Source of the DNA: Diplonema japonicum
Taxonomy: Eukaryota; Protista; Euglenozoa: Diplonemea
NCBI GenBank assembly: GCA_964019335.1
Contig: OZ025685.1
Coordinates: 496,001 to 560,000 of the forward strand
DNA length: 64,000 nt
Reading direction: 5' to 3'
The notes beneath the pieces were generated by a model that had not been told where the DNA came from, searched no databases, and worked only from the letters and a program-made list of their open reading frames with translations. This document shows, piece by piece, positions 10,531 to 20,308 of this stretch; the first letter of the stretch is position 1; every line of letters begins with the position of its first letter. Both the position numbers and the translations under genes were made by a program.

Positions 10531-10931
10531 ATGGCCAACCCTATTGACAACCACTGGAACCAATCGCGACCCAGTCAGGTGTTGCAGAAAAAAAAAAAAA
10601 AAAAAAAAAAAAAAAACAGATTTATTCCCCAAGCTCTGGTCCAGGGTCACCTACTTTCGATGCGGCCAAGGAAAAAGCCGGGCAGGCGGCGGATGCATGC
10701 TGTAATACCTGTTGCAGTGATGATGTGAAGGACCACCTGGCGACCTTGATCCAGTACGCAGCAACTATCATCATCGCACTTGCGCTATGGGGGCTTATTT
10801 ATGATGGAATCATGCCGTCTGACAAGCCAATCTGGCTGCTGTGGATTTTCGCCACCGTTATGTTAATCATTTCGATTGCAGTTAGTTGGTGGACAGGCGA
10901 AACACTGCACTTCGGTGAGGACTGCTGTTGA
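10531..10931 (+). CDS. Small (about 119 aa) two-TM Cys-rich membrane protein; exons 10531-10578 and 10620-10931
   Basis: Removing a 41-nt GT-AG intron gives MANPIDNHWNQSRPSQ|IYSPSSGPGSPTFDAAKEKAGQAADACCNTCCSDDVKDHLATLIQYAATIIIALALWGLIY...EDCC, with two hydrophobic helices. Confidence 0.7.
10579..10619 (+). other. Putative 41-nt intron made mostly of poly(A)
   Basis: GTGTTGCAG-(A)29-CAG, phase 0; restores a continuous frame. Confidence 0.65.
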
Positions 10932-12289
10932 AAGAGAGAAAAAAAGTCCCCCCCCCCCCTCCTCTTTCTTTTGATACATGGCTATGGCAGCATTTTTTTC
11001 CGTTTTTTTTTTCTTCCCCTTTACAATATCCGAACAAAAAAAAAAGTACTGTAAAAAAACCATTTGTGTAGTACCAGATGTGAGCAATCTGATTTTTTTT
11101 TTTTTTTTTTTTTCCCAAGCGTCTAAAAATAAATTAAGAGGTTTGCGGTCGCAGCAGTAGAAACAAAGAAATGAAGGGGGGGAAAAAAAAAGCAAACAGT
11201 TGACTCCTCTCCTTAGTCCTGGGTATCGTTGGGGATTGATGCCCTGTGACACAAAGTTGGTTGGAGAAAATAAAGTAAAAAATGATTGGGCGGGAACCAA
11301 GAAAGGGGGAACTTTTTTGTGCGTTGTGTTTATGTGTGATGAGGCCCCTGCCTTCTAATGCGACTTTCTGCCTCCCACACCCCCCCACCTTGTTGCTTTT
11401 CTGTTCTTCTTTTTAAGTCTCTTTCCTGAGACGATTAAAAAAAATACAAAAAGAGGAGAGGAGGAGGGGCTTAAAGGACAAAAGGACGCAAGAAAAAAAA
11501 GAAAAATGATGCATTTTTTTTTCCCCCGTTTTTTTTCCCCCCCCTCTATTTCTCTCTCTCTTTTCATACATTTATTGTTGTCATGCGTAAGAGAAAGAAA
11601 AGGAAGAAAAAAAAAAGTAGCAAAGTCCTTTTTTTTAAAAAAAGTTTTTTATTTATGTGTAGTTGTAGGTTAAGACCATTGAAAGACAGAAAAGAAGAAA
11701 GAAAGGGAAACAAAAAAAGGAAAGGGGGACAGAAGAAGAAGAAAAAAAAACAAAAAGAAAGCCGATGTATGCAGTCCCGCCTTTTTGAAGACCCTCTTTC
11801 CCCCCCTCCCCCCTTTCCCCCTTCTCTACCCGAAGATGTGTTTCTTGCTGTAACAAGGAGATTGCGTCATTAGCTAATCCTTTTTTTGTAGCTCTTTCAC
11901 AGAAGGCCTTTTTTTTTTTTTTTTTTAGTTCTTCGGGGAAAAAAAAATAGGAAGTAAGGGATTTCAAGCAGTATTTGGATTTTTTTTTCTTTTTTTTTTC
12001 TTTTGCACCTGTTTCTCACCTTCCATCTGTTTCTCTTTTTTTTTTTTTTTTTTTTTATTGCGTTCGTTCGTTCAAACGAATTAGAAAAAAAAAGAGAGGG
12101 GGGGGGGGGGGAACAAAAGAAAAAGGAGAGTGGTGAACGGGAAAAAAAAAAAAAAACAAACAAAAAAAAAGAGTGAAGGTAGTGCATACTCTGCTTTCCC
12201 TTTCTTGGGTAAAGCTTGCAGAAAGTGTTTTATTTATTTTATCTCCCCCCTCTCTCTCTTTTTTTTTTTTTTGGGCGGCCTGTCTATCA

Positions 12290-13260
12290 GTATACGTGTT
12301 GAAACGTGACGAGCTTGCAGAACGACTAGACTTACGGTATGACGTGCTCCGTCAGAGCGGTGACGTGGACGAGATGTCTAAACAGCAACGGCCATATAGA
12401 TGGCATAACAGCGAAATCCTAGAGGTGGGCACCAACCAGCGCACCGAAAAATAGATCGAGTCTTTTTTCGTTATTTTATTTTTTTTCTCTTTTTTTTTTT
12501 GTCGCGTTTCCACTAATTCTTCTTTTTTCTTTTTTTTTTTTTTTCCTTCCTTCTAAAAAAAAAAAAAAGAAACATTGCCGCAAAAAAAAAAAGAGGGGGA
12601 AAAAAAAAAAAGAAAAAAAGGACCCTGTTGGCATGTACCTGTAGCCAAGTGGTGTTCTCTTTATTTAATTCTATTGGTGGTGGAGTCGTGACAGCACTTC
12701 TCTCTCATCACAGTGAATTTCTTTGTTTACTTTAAAAAAAAAAAAAAAAGAAGCAAACAGACTGGTTAAAACCCGCCAGTCTCTTTGCATTACCGCATAG
12801 GTCAAGTAGGGAATAATGATGATTCCATCCAATTCTTTCTCTTCTTTCTTCTTTTTTTTTTTTTTTTTAATTTAAATGTCCCTTTTTCAACTTTCTTTTT
12901 CTTCCTCTTCCCCCTCAAATATGTTTTTTTTTTTCCTTTTTTTTTTTTTTTTGTGTTTTATTAGGATGAAGTTGCACTTTTTTTTTATTTTTTTTTTTTT
13001 ATACTCCTCCAAGAATCCACCTCTCTGTTCCCACTTCTTATCCTTCTTTTTTTTTCTTTCCCCCCTCTTTTTTTTTTTGATGTTGACTACCGAGCCCATC
13101 GCTGGACTGCGCGATGCTGAAAGAGATGCTGGCTGAGACAAGACGAGGCCAGCGCTCGCCAGCGTGGACGAGCCTGGTTAACACAGCGTACAAGACTTCT
13201 AGGCAGATGACGCCAAAGGGGTCTCTTGAAATAATTGCCGGTGAGCCCACCCGCACACCG
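12290..13260 (+). mobile_element. Decayed non-LTR retrotransposon reverse transcriptase remnant
   Basis: Frameshifted G-x-IDGITA/EILEVG at about 12390-12430 (GPDG motif); LSPLFFFLMLTTEPI at about 13056-13100 (LSPLLF..EP motif); F*ADDAK at about 13197-13217 (YADD with TAC>TAG); order and spacing fit non-LTR RTs. Confidence 0.45.
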
Positions 13261-13387
13261 AATATAATTTTTTTTTTTTTTCCTCTTTACGCAAGATTTT
13301 TTGCAGCTTTTTTTTTTTTTTTTTTTTTTTTTATGTTCCCACCATTCATTAAAACAATCCACCCCACACAGGTGGGCATGCACTACA

Positions 13388-16213
13388 ATGGTGCGACCCA
13401 TACAAGGGATAAATGTGATCTGTGCTATATTAGCATGGTGCGTAGTGGGCAGTGGCGGGACATACAGGTCATTGGGAAGGCTTGCAGAAATGAGCCCCGT
13501 GCATCCCTTAGACGTCCTGGTGGTGGGTGACATTGCATATGTGGCGTGCAAGGCTGGGGGTGTGAAGGTCATGAACATAAGTGATCCCAGTGCAATAACA
13601 GAGATAGGCGCCTTTGTGACCACAAGCGAGTCCTTTGGGCTGGACATAGTAGGGGACACCCTGTACGTTGCTGATTGGGATCATGGGCTTGAGATTATTG
13701 ACGTGTCTGACCCCACGAGCCCTGCTGTCATAGGGAACTGCCATACACCAGGCAACGCGTATGAGGTGTCCGTTCAGGGGAACTTCGCATATGTAGCGGA
13801 CTGGTCGAGTGTCAAGATTGTTAACATCACTGACCCTGCTACCGCTTATGTGGTTGCGACGCAGCTGACCCCAGGGTACGCCTTTGGTATCGAGGTGGAG
13901 GGCAGCTATGCTTATGTGTCTGACTTTGGAGACGGCCTCACCATCATCGACGTCACGGACCCCACGTCACCGTCGCAGGTGTCCAACACCGACACTGCGG
14001 GGTACTCCTTTGACTCGCAGCTGGTGGGCACGACGCTCTACCTTGCCGACAATGCGAACGGGCTGCTCATCTTCGACGTCAGCAACCCCCTGGCGCCCAC
14101 CCCCATCGGGTCCTATAAACCAGGTGGCAACGTGCGCCATGTGCATGTGACAGGCGCTACGTGCTACATTGTCGACAGCGCTGGTCTGCACGGCGTCGAC
14201 ATAACGGACCCTACTGCGCCTGTCCTGCGGGACAGCGTCGTGACCCCAGGCGATGCCCAGGGCGTGTGGATCAACGGGCAGACCGCTTATGTGGGCGACT
14301 CAGCCTCTTTGGAAATCTATGATGTAACCATTGTCACAGCGGAGCCCACAGATGCACCGGCAACCTCGTCCCCCCCTACAGCTGTCCCCACAGCCGCACC
14401 CGCAACACCGGCACCTCCCACCGCGGTTCCCACCAACCCGCCTTTGACAGCTGTCCCCACTGATGCTCCGCTGACTCCATTTCCCCCGACCACCCCCCCA
14501 GCCACCCAGACACCGCTTACCCTTGCGCCAGAAACTCAAGCGCCGCTGACAGTGCAGCCTGCGACACTCTCACCACAAGCCACTGGTAGCACCCACGCAC
14601 CCGGGACAACAGCAAAACCAAACACCCACCCTCCCTCAACGTTTGCGCCTTCTACCTTGGTGCCACTCACCCTGCAGCCGGCGACACTTGTGCCAAACCC
14701 ACCTGGCTCCACACACGCACCTGACGTCACGGCCACACCCAACACCTTAGTCCCCAGCACCTTAGCTCCCAGAACCTTAGCACCCTCTACGCTGCTCCCT
14801 GTGACATCTCAACCAGCAGGAGAGCCGTTATCGCCCGAGGCACGTGACAGGAACCTGACAAGACGGGCAGCTCCCCTTCTGGACCACAACGAGATCCACC
14901 TGGCGAGCTCCATCCTCGGCATGCTATCAAGAACTGGCTATGTTAGCAGCATGGTCTCTAGGACGGTCATCCTGTCGCGTGGCATCAAGTGTGAGGAGGA
15001 AGACGACGAAGCGCAGCTCAACTTCATGCTGCACCCCCTGAGGTTCAGCATTGCGGACAGCCACTTTGCGGGTGGCGTGGCAGGCTGGATCATCATCAGT
15101 GTTGTGTTCGGCTTGATCTTTTTGGTGCGGGACATGGAACTCCATAACGGCGCATCTGGCGTGCTGTTGATGTGGGTAATGATAGCTGTTCCGGGACTGC
15201 TGCAGTGCTCGCTGTTAGTGTTGGTGTACAGCTCAGCAGGTCTCAAAGCAGTGGGTGCTGTAGGCCTGGTGTGCGTGCTCGCCTTTTACGCAGCAGTGGC
15301 CCTGTGGTACAAGACGAACTACTCGTTCTGCCAGTACTGTACGTCAACGACAGCAACGCAGTCGAGCGTGGTGCACTACTTCATGGGCCACTCCGCATGG
15401 GACACCTGCCTGCCGAACTACATAGCAAAGAAAGGACAGACCTTCGACATCTATACAGAATCAATGTGGACGCAGGGACATCATTTTGTCTTGGAGACAG
15501 CACACCTGGTCCCGATGGTTATACTAGGGACAGTGGAGGGAAGCAGCAAGTCAAGCTGCACAGGAAAGCTGGTAGGCATGCTTATTGTGCTTGCTATGCA
15601 ACTGGCGGTGACGGTTGCAAGCAGCTTCTACATAGCACGGTTCCTGCTGCACTTGTGCAGCCTTGTCCTTGCAGTTCATCTGGGGACGGTGATCGTGGCG
15701 CTGGTGTCTCTTAACAACAACGATGACTACAGTACTGCAGTGGACGTGCTGCTGCAGGTCAGTATGTATCTATCACTGTTGAGGGTGCTGGCTGATTGGA
15801 TCTGGAGCGCCTACGAGGCAAGGCGGGGTGTGAGGTCGTCGTTGATCAGAAGCTGGCAGCGTGTCAATGGGAAGGGTTTTTTGTTAGAGGACACCAGCGA
15901 AACACCTGAAGAGAGCGAGAGGTACAAAGTGCTTGAAGACCAGCTCAACACAGCGCGGGCAGAAATAGACATGCTAAGGTCGCAGCAAGGCACCCCGACT
16001 TTCAGGACGCCACTGCGGCCACCCGTTCCCAGCCCTTACCCTATCACCCTTGTCGAGGATGTTGATGATGATGGCCTGCCCCCTGGCAGTATCCCCCCTG
16101 TGCTACCAGTGCCGTTGTCCTCAAAATCTATTCCTGGAACTGTTCCCCCAGTCTTTCCTTCTGCTGGAAAGAGTAGCAAGCTGTCGGCGTCGGGGTGTCC
16201 TGTTTTCGTGTAA
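13388..16213 (+). CDS. LVIVD-repeat beta-propeller + Pro/Thr-rich stalk + multipass membrane domain
   Basis: Signal-like N-terminus; about 7 repeats of V.G.YAYVAD...GL.IIDVSDPTSP; PTAVPT/TLAP linker; about 7-8 hydrophobic helices; Pro-rich tail. ATG follows a CCACACAG acceptor-like site. Confidence 0.85.
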   Translation: MVRPIQGINVICAILAWCVVGSGGTYRSLGRLAEMSPVHPLDVLVVGDIAYVACKAGGVKVMNISDPSAITEIGAFVTTSESFGLDIVGDTLYVADWDHGLEIIDVSDPTSPAVIGNCHTPGNAYEVSVQGNFAYVADWSSVKIVNITDPATAYVVATQLTPGYAFGIEVEGSYAYVSDFGDGLTIIDVTDPTSPSQVSNTDTAGYSFDSQLVGTTLYLADNANGLLIFDVSNPLAPTPIGSYKPGGNVRHVHVTGATCYIVDSAGLHGVDITDPTAPVLRDSVVTPGDAQGVWINGQTAYVGDSASLEIYDVTIVTAEPTDAPATSSPPTAVPTAAPATPAPPTAVPTNPPLTAVPTDAPLTPFPPTTPPATQTPLTLAPETQAPLTVQPATLSPQATGSTHAPGTTAKPNTHPPSTFAPSTLVPLTLQPATLVPNPPGSTHAPDVTATPNTLVPSTLAPRTLAPSTLLPVTSQPAGEPLSPEARDRNLTRRAAPLLDHNEIHLASSILGMLSRTGYVSSMVSRTVILSRGIKCEEEDDEAQLNFMLHPLRFSIADSHFAGGVAGWIIISVVFGLIFLVRDMELHNGASGVLLMWVMIAVPGLLQCSLLVLVYSSAGLKAVGAVGLVCVLAFYAAVALWYKTNYSFCQYCTSTTATQSSVVHYFMGHSAWDTCLPNYIAKKGQTFDIYTESMWTQGHHFVLETAHLVPMVILGTVEGSSKSSCTGKLVGMLIVLAMQLAVTVASSFYIARFLLHLCSLVLAVHLGTVIVALVSLNNNDDYSTAVDVLLQVSMYLSLLRVLADWIWSAYEARRGVRSSLIRSWQRVNGKGFLLEDTSETPEESERYKVLEDQLNTARAEIDMLRSQQGTPTFRTPLRPPVPSPYPITLVEDVDDDGLPPGSIPPVLPVPLSSKSIPGTVPPVFPSAGKSSKLSASGCPVFV

Positions 16214-16585
16214 GATTAGTTAGTTAAAAGTTACCAGTTTGTATGCACTCACTCTCTTCTTTTATCCCACCCCTCCCCCGCCTTGCTCCCGTTCTTGGGA
16301 AACCTCTTTGAATATGTGAGTTTCTGCCCCTTCTGTCCCTTGTCGTATTTTTGTTTGAATCGCTCTTTGTTTTTTTTTTCTCTTCGAGTAGAAGCCTCTT
16401 TTAATTTTAGCACCCCCCCTTTTTTTTTACTGTAACCTCTTCGTCTCCAAAGTAGTGAGGGGTTTATAATTTTTTTTTAAATTGCTAAAACTATCATTCT
16501 ATCTTCTAGGCGGCCCTGTCACTGTAGTATAGGGTTATCTTCAACGTTGCGTCTTTCTTTAAATGTCTCTTCTTTTTTTTTTTTC

Positions 16586-16877
16586 CAGCAACCGCAGAAC
16601 GGTGACCGATTAGTGTGAGTTTCTACCTGAACAGTGAGCACCCCATGCACACTGAAATTTTATCGAGTTTTTTCTTCTTTATTCCAAAAAGACAAGGGTA
16701 CACACCCTTCGACATCTTGGGGGCCCGACAGCACACGGCTACAACAGGAGACCACTCTTCTCCTCGAGCCAAACCGCCTACCTAGCACGACTCCAAGCTG
16801 TGTTTCTCGCCCAGATGCCATCCATCTCATCGCGACAAACAGCCACCGCGGGCACAGCAACCGCAGAACGGTGACCG
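16586..16877. repeat. 23-nt perfect direct repeat pair (16586-16608 and 16855-16877)
   Basis: cagcaaccgcagaacggtgaccg occurs twice 269 nt apart, each followed by (a/g)ttagt. Confidence 0.9.
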
Positions 16878-16979
16878 GTTAGTTGGGTGCCACATTCAAG
16901 TGAGATTACAGTACTCTCTCTCTCTTTTTTCTTTTTTTTCTTTTTGCTACAGGGGGAGGACTTGTGTATATAGATATGT

Positions 16980-17220
16980 GCTTTCTTGAACCAAGAAAAG
17001 ATAGTTTCATTCCTCCGAACCCGGAGTGTAGCTTTTCGATTACAGTGACAAACACGACTTCGGTCTGTGACCCACACCTTAAGGGTTTAGTTTTTAGTTA
17101 GCAGGGAAAGTTTATTAGGGGCAGCAAGGACCAAGGTCTTCGGACCTACGTCTTAAGGTGTTTGACGGCACTTCTCCTTAAGCGAGTCAACGTGAGAAGG
17201 GAGTACCCAGCTACGGTAGA
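16980..17220 (+). ncRNA. Candidate structured RNA of unknown family
   Basis: Hairpins at 16982-16998 and 17013-17026; cUUCGg hairpins at 17053-17069 and 17134-17147; perfect 10-bp stem 17074-17083/17152-17161; stem 17171-17176/17194-17199; closing stem 17027-17033/17209-17215. Confidence 0.5.
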
Positions 17221-17570
17221 AAACAGGATAAAATAAAACCTTTGGCTTTTAAATGTGCTCCCCTCGTGTTGTGTCAAAAAAAAAAAAGAAAGATTGTACT
17301 GCGTTGAAAAAGAACAAAAAAGTTCGAGGAAAAGGGAAATTAAAAAAAAAAAGATTTGTTACTTGGGCCAACGTTGTGTCGCCCTCTCCCCCCCCTTTTT
17401 TCTTTTGTGTAGTTTTCTTTTCTATTCTATTCTGATTGTAAAAAGATTTATTGCTTTTTTTCTTTCTTTTTTTTTTTTCTGAGTTCCCAGCCACCCCCCC
17501 ATATCCAACACGCTCTACACATTATAAGCTTCACAGCTGTCTCCTTACACGTCTTTTCCCAGCAAATGGA

Positions 17571-18164
17571 ATGAAGCCGCCATATTATCTGGCGGCCTTG
17601 ACGCAGCCTGGGAGGGACAGGCCGTGGACCGCACCGAGACGCAACAGATGGTGTGTTGCAGAGAGACCTGGCACTGCAGGGGGGAGACTAGGACGGTGCA
17701 CTGCGAAGCGGACAAGGATGAGGTGGTTCAAAGAGATGATGGAGGTGAGGGCAGGGCGTGGTGTCAGCGACATGCTTGAGCGAAACACATCGGTCTTGCT
17801 CAAGAGGTACTGGGCCAAGCTCACCCCTACTAGGCTACAGTCGTTACGTGATATGTTTCGCAGCCATACCCTCACTCTCCACAACACACTAGAATGCCAT
17901 GTCTTGTCCTGTCAGGAGATCTCGCATCGCCGTGCCATCGAACGGTCGTACCTGCTGCAGTGCGGCAGGTGGCGATGCCTTGTCCCTTGCGGTACCTTCC
18001 GTCCCCTTGCCCCCCACCCCCCTGCCGCACCCATCCCCACAGAGTCATCTATCGACTGGCGGGGCACCCCTTCCCCCACCCGCAGAGTCGCTGCCAAATC
18101 CCTCTTCTTGCTGTTTAACAACAGCAAGTTTGTTCAATCCGCTCATGCACGGGGCATGCGGTAA
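17571..18164 (+). CDS. Hypothetical basic protein
   Basis: Coding-like composition without homopolymers; same strand as the array; no recognised motif. Confidence 0.5.
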   Translation: MKPPYYLAALTQPGRDRPWTAPRRNRWCVAERPGTAGGRLGRCTAKRTRMRWFKEMMEVRAGRGVSDMLERNTSVLLKRYWAKLTPTRLQSLRDMFRSHTLTLHNTLECHVLSCQEISHRRAIERSYLLQCGRWRCLVPCGTFRPLAPHPPAAPIPTESSIDWRGTPSPTRRVAAKSLFLLFNNSKFVQSAHARGMR

Positions 18165-18251
18165 GAAGGGGATGAAAAGAGGGAAGAAATGACATGTTAT
18201 TATTATTCACATCAAAGTATCTGACTGCAACCAGTACTCTAGGCGTGTAAG

Positions 18252-19079
18252 ATGTCTGCCAGCAGCCCACAGAGGTGTGCATGGGGCTTCCAAGGGCCGA
18301 GACACGTCCCCGACAAGAACCTCACCGGCACGCACGATGCCCACACAACCGTTTCAGGGATGCGGTTCATTCCACCTGTCCACAGAACCCTTAGGGAAGG
18401 GTCAGCGTCTCCGAGAAATATAGGGAAGTACGGGCCAAGGTACATACCCCCTGAGGCAGGTGCTCTTGGTGCGGCGGCTGTGGACAAGACGCTGCAGTCA
18501 AGGAGATCCATCTCGCGGTCCCCTGGGCGTTCCCCTGGGCGGGCAGGCAGGTCGGAGTCGCCGAAGAATGCGAAGTACGGTGTGAGGTACGTGCCTCCTG
18601 AGGTTGAGGTCCTGGGTGCGGAAGCTGTGCTGCGGACCCCTCGCAGGAACAGGTCGGGCACGCCTGTGAGAGGGACTCCTGTGAGGGGAACTCCTGGGTC
18701 CCCTGCGAGGGAGAGGTCCCTCTCCCCGCACTCTGCAAAGTACGACCAGCGCTACGTTCCTCCTTCCGATGGACTAGGCGCTGTGGCAGTCGATAAGATT
18801 ATAATGCAGTCGAGGCGGTCGGCAACCCCCGAGCCCAGGATGGCGTCAAGGTCTCCAGGGCGGCAGCGGTCCATGTCACCCTCAGGGAGGTACGGCCCGA
18901 GGTACGTGCCACCCGAGGCGGAGGCTCTGGGCGCAGAGGCGATGGATGGCAACATACACCCGAGGTCCATGTCAGGAAGCGGAACCCCCCACACCCCACC
19001 GAAGAGCCCCCCCTCGTCGAAATACTGGGCACGGTATGTGCCGAGCAAGGATCTTCCAGCCACACCTCCTTCGATGTGA
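18252..19079 (+). CDS. Low-complexity protein with repeated KYGPRYVPP motif
   Basis: 275-aa ORF with about 5 copies of (K/R)Y(G/D/W)xRY(V/I)P separated by SP/RS-rich linkers. Confidence 0.8.
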   Translation: MSASSPQRCAWGFQGPRHVPDKNLTGTHDAHTTVSGMRFIPPVHRTLREGSASPRNIGKYGPRYIPPEAGALGAAAVDKTLQSRRSISRSPGRSPGRAGRSESPKNAKYGVRYVPPEVEVLGAEAVLRTPRRNRSGTPVRGTPVRGTPGSPARERSLSPHSAKYDQRYVPPSDGLGAVAVDKIIMQSRRSATPEPRMASRSPGRQRSMSPSGRYGPRYVPPEAEALGAEAMDGNIHPRSMSGSGTPHTPPKSPPSSKYWARYVPSKDLPATPPSM

Positions 19080-19182
19080 TGGTTACTTTTTTATTTTTAA
19101 GTTGTATTCTTTTCCCTACCCCCTGTTGTCTCATTCTTTCGTTTCATGCTCGTTACCACCCACCGCACAGGACTGCTCTGCA

Positions 19183-20069
19183 ATGCAGCACGATGACACG
19201 ATCTGGAGTGTGATCAGCCAGGGCTTCTGCTCCTTCAAGGCTAAGCTGAGGGATGACGTAGGGCACGCGGGGGCGAAGACAGAGGCATTGTGCAGAAACC
19301 CGTACAACGCGACTGGAATATGCAACAGGGTGAACTGCCCTTTGGCAAACTCACAGTACGCCACAGTGATCGAAAAGGACAACGAGCTGTACCTGTTCAT
19401 GAAGACGGTGGAAAGGGCGCACACACCAAAGCGGTTGTGGGAAAAGATACTTCTGCCCGGGAATTTCAAGAAGGCGCTGGAGATTATCAACGAAAACATG
19501 CAGTGGTGGGACAGAAAGGTGGTGATGAAATGCAAACACAGATTGCTGAGATTGAAACAGGTTTTGATAAGAAAAAGAAGGCTGGCGCTGAAGGGGGTTC
19601 CAAAGCTGGTGGGGATCAAAAAGAAGGAGGAAAAACAGCTAAACAAAAGAGAGGCCAAGGCAGAGATCGCGGCAAGGATCCCACAACACATCAGAAACAC
19701 GCTTTTGAGCGTGAGAAAAGACCACCAACTCCCCGAAGGCGTTACAGAAGAAGAAATGCTAAGAATTGTGGAAGCAGAAGAAGAAAGGGGCGACGATGCG
19801 ATTGATGAAGCCGAGGAATTTGACTCGGATGACTTAACGGATGTAGACTTTACTGAAGACGAGTCCAGCGATGAAGAGAGCGAAGAAGGGTCAATGGAGG
19901 GTGAGGTTTCCACAGTAGGGTCCAAGAGGTCGAGGTCCTCCCAGAAACCAGCAAAACGCATGCGAATTGAAATCGAAGCAGAAACCGAAATGCAAGTATG
20001 TACAAGATAAAAAAAAAAAAAAAAAATCCACAGAACCGGCTCAGTAGTAAATCCATCATGGATTGGTGA
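19183..20069 (+). CDS. MAK16: MAK16 ribosome biogenesis protein; exons 19183-19995 and 20034-20069
   Basis: MQHDDTIWSVI..GFCSFK, CRNPYNATGICNRVNCPLANSQYATV and LFMKTVERAHTP; acidic tail; the spliced C-terminus ends NRLSSKSIMDW. Confidence 0.93.
19996..20033 (+). other. Putative spliceosomal intron, 38 nt, A-rich
   Basis: GTATGT...poly(A)...CCACAG, phase 0; adds an 11-aa terminal exon. Confidence 0.75.
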
Positions 20070-20224
20070 TCACTCCCCCCAGCCCCCCCTTTTTTTTTGT
20101 CTTTTTTTGTGGCGATCAATTATTTTCCCCTAATATTTTTTTTTCCCCCCCTTCCCCATATCATTTTATCGTTTAGTTCTTTCTTTTCTTTTTTTTTTGT
20201 AGTATTTCTTGAGATTCGTCGGGG

Positions 20225-20271
<47 letters not shown>

Positions 20272-20308
20272 AGAAAAAAGAAAGGCTGCCCGGTTCCCTG
20301 AAAATGGT

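Noticed and set aside
16586-16877. CRISPR-like repeat-spacer array
   Set aside because: Only two repeats about 245 nt apart, eukaryotic context and no cas genes.
17027-17036. Minus-strand AAAAGCTACA resembling part of a spliced-leader exon
   Set aside because: Only about 10 nt match; the GTTTCTGTACTTTATTG part and the donor site are absent.
17079-17092. Minus-strand CTAAACCCT as a telomerase RNA template
   Set aside because: It would specify TTTAGGG, the UUCG loops indicate the + strand, and a 9-nt match is expected by chance.
17095-17135. Resemblance of gggaaag / gcagcaagg to RNase P or group I intron conserved boxes
   Set aside because: The remaining conserved boxes are missing or out of order, and the P4/P7 pairings cannot be formed.
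18161-18251. Possible intron (GTAAGA donor) fusing ORF 17571 to ORF 18252
   Set aside because: The nearby AG acceptors I tested (18234, 18242, 18251) do not give an in-frame join, and the length would be atypical for this window.
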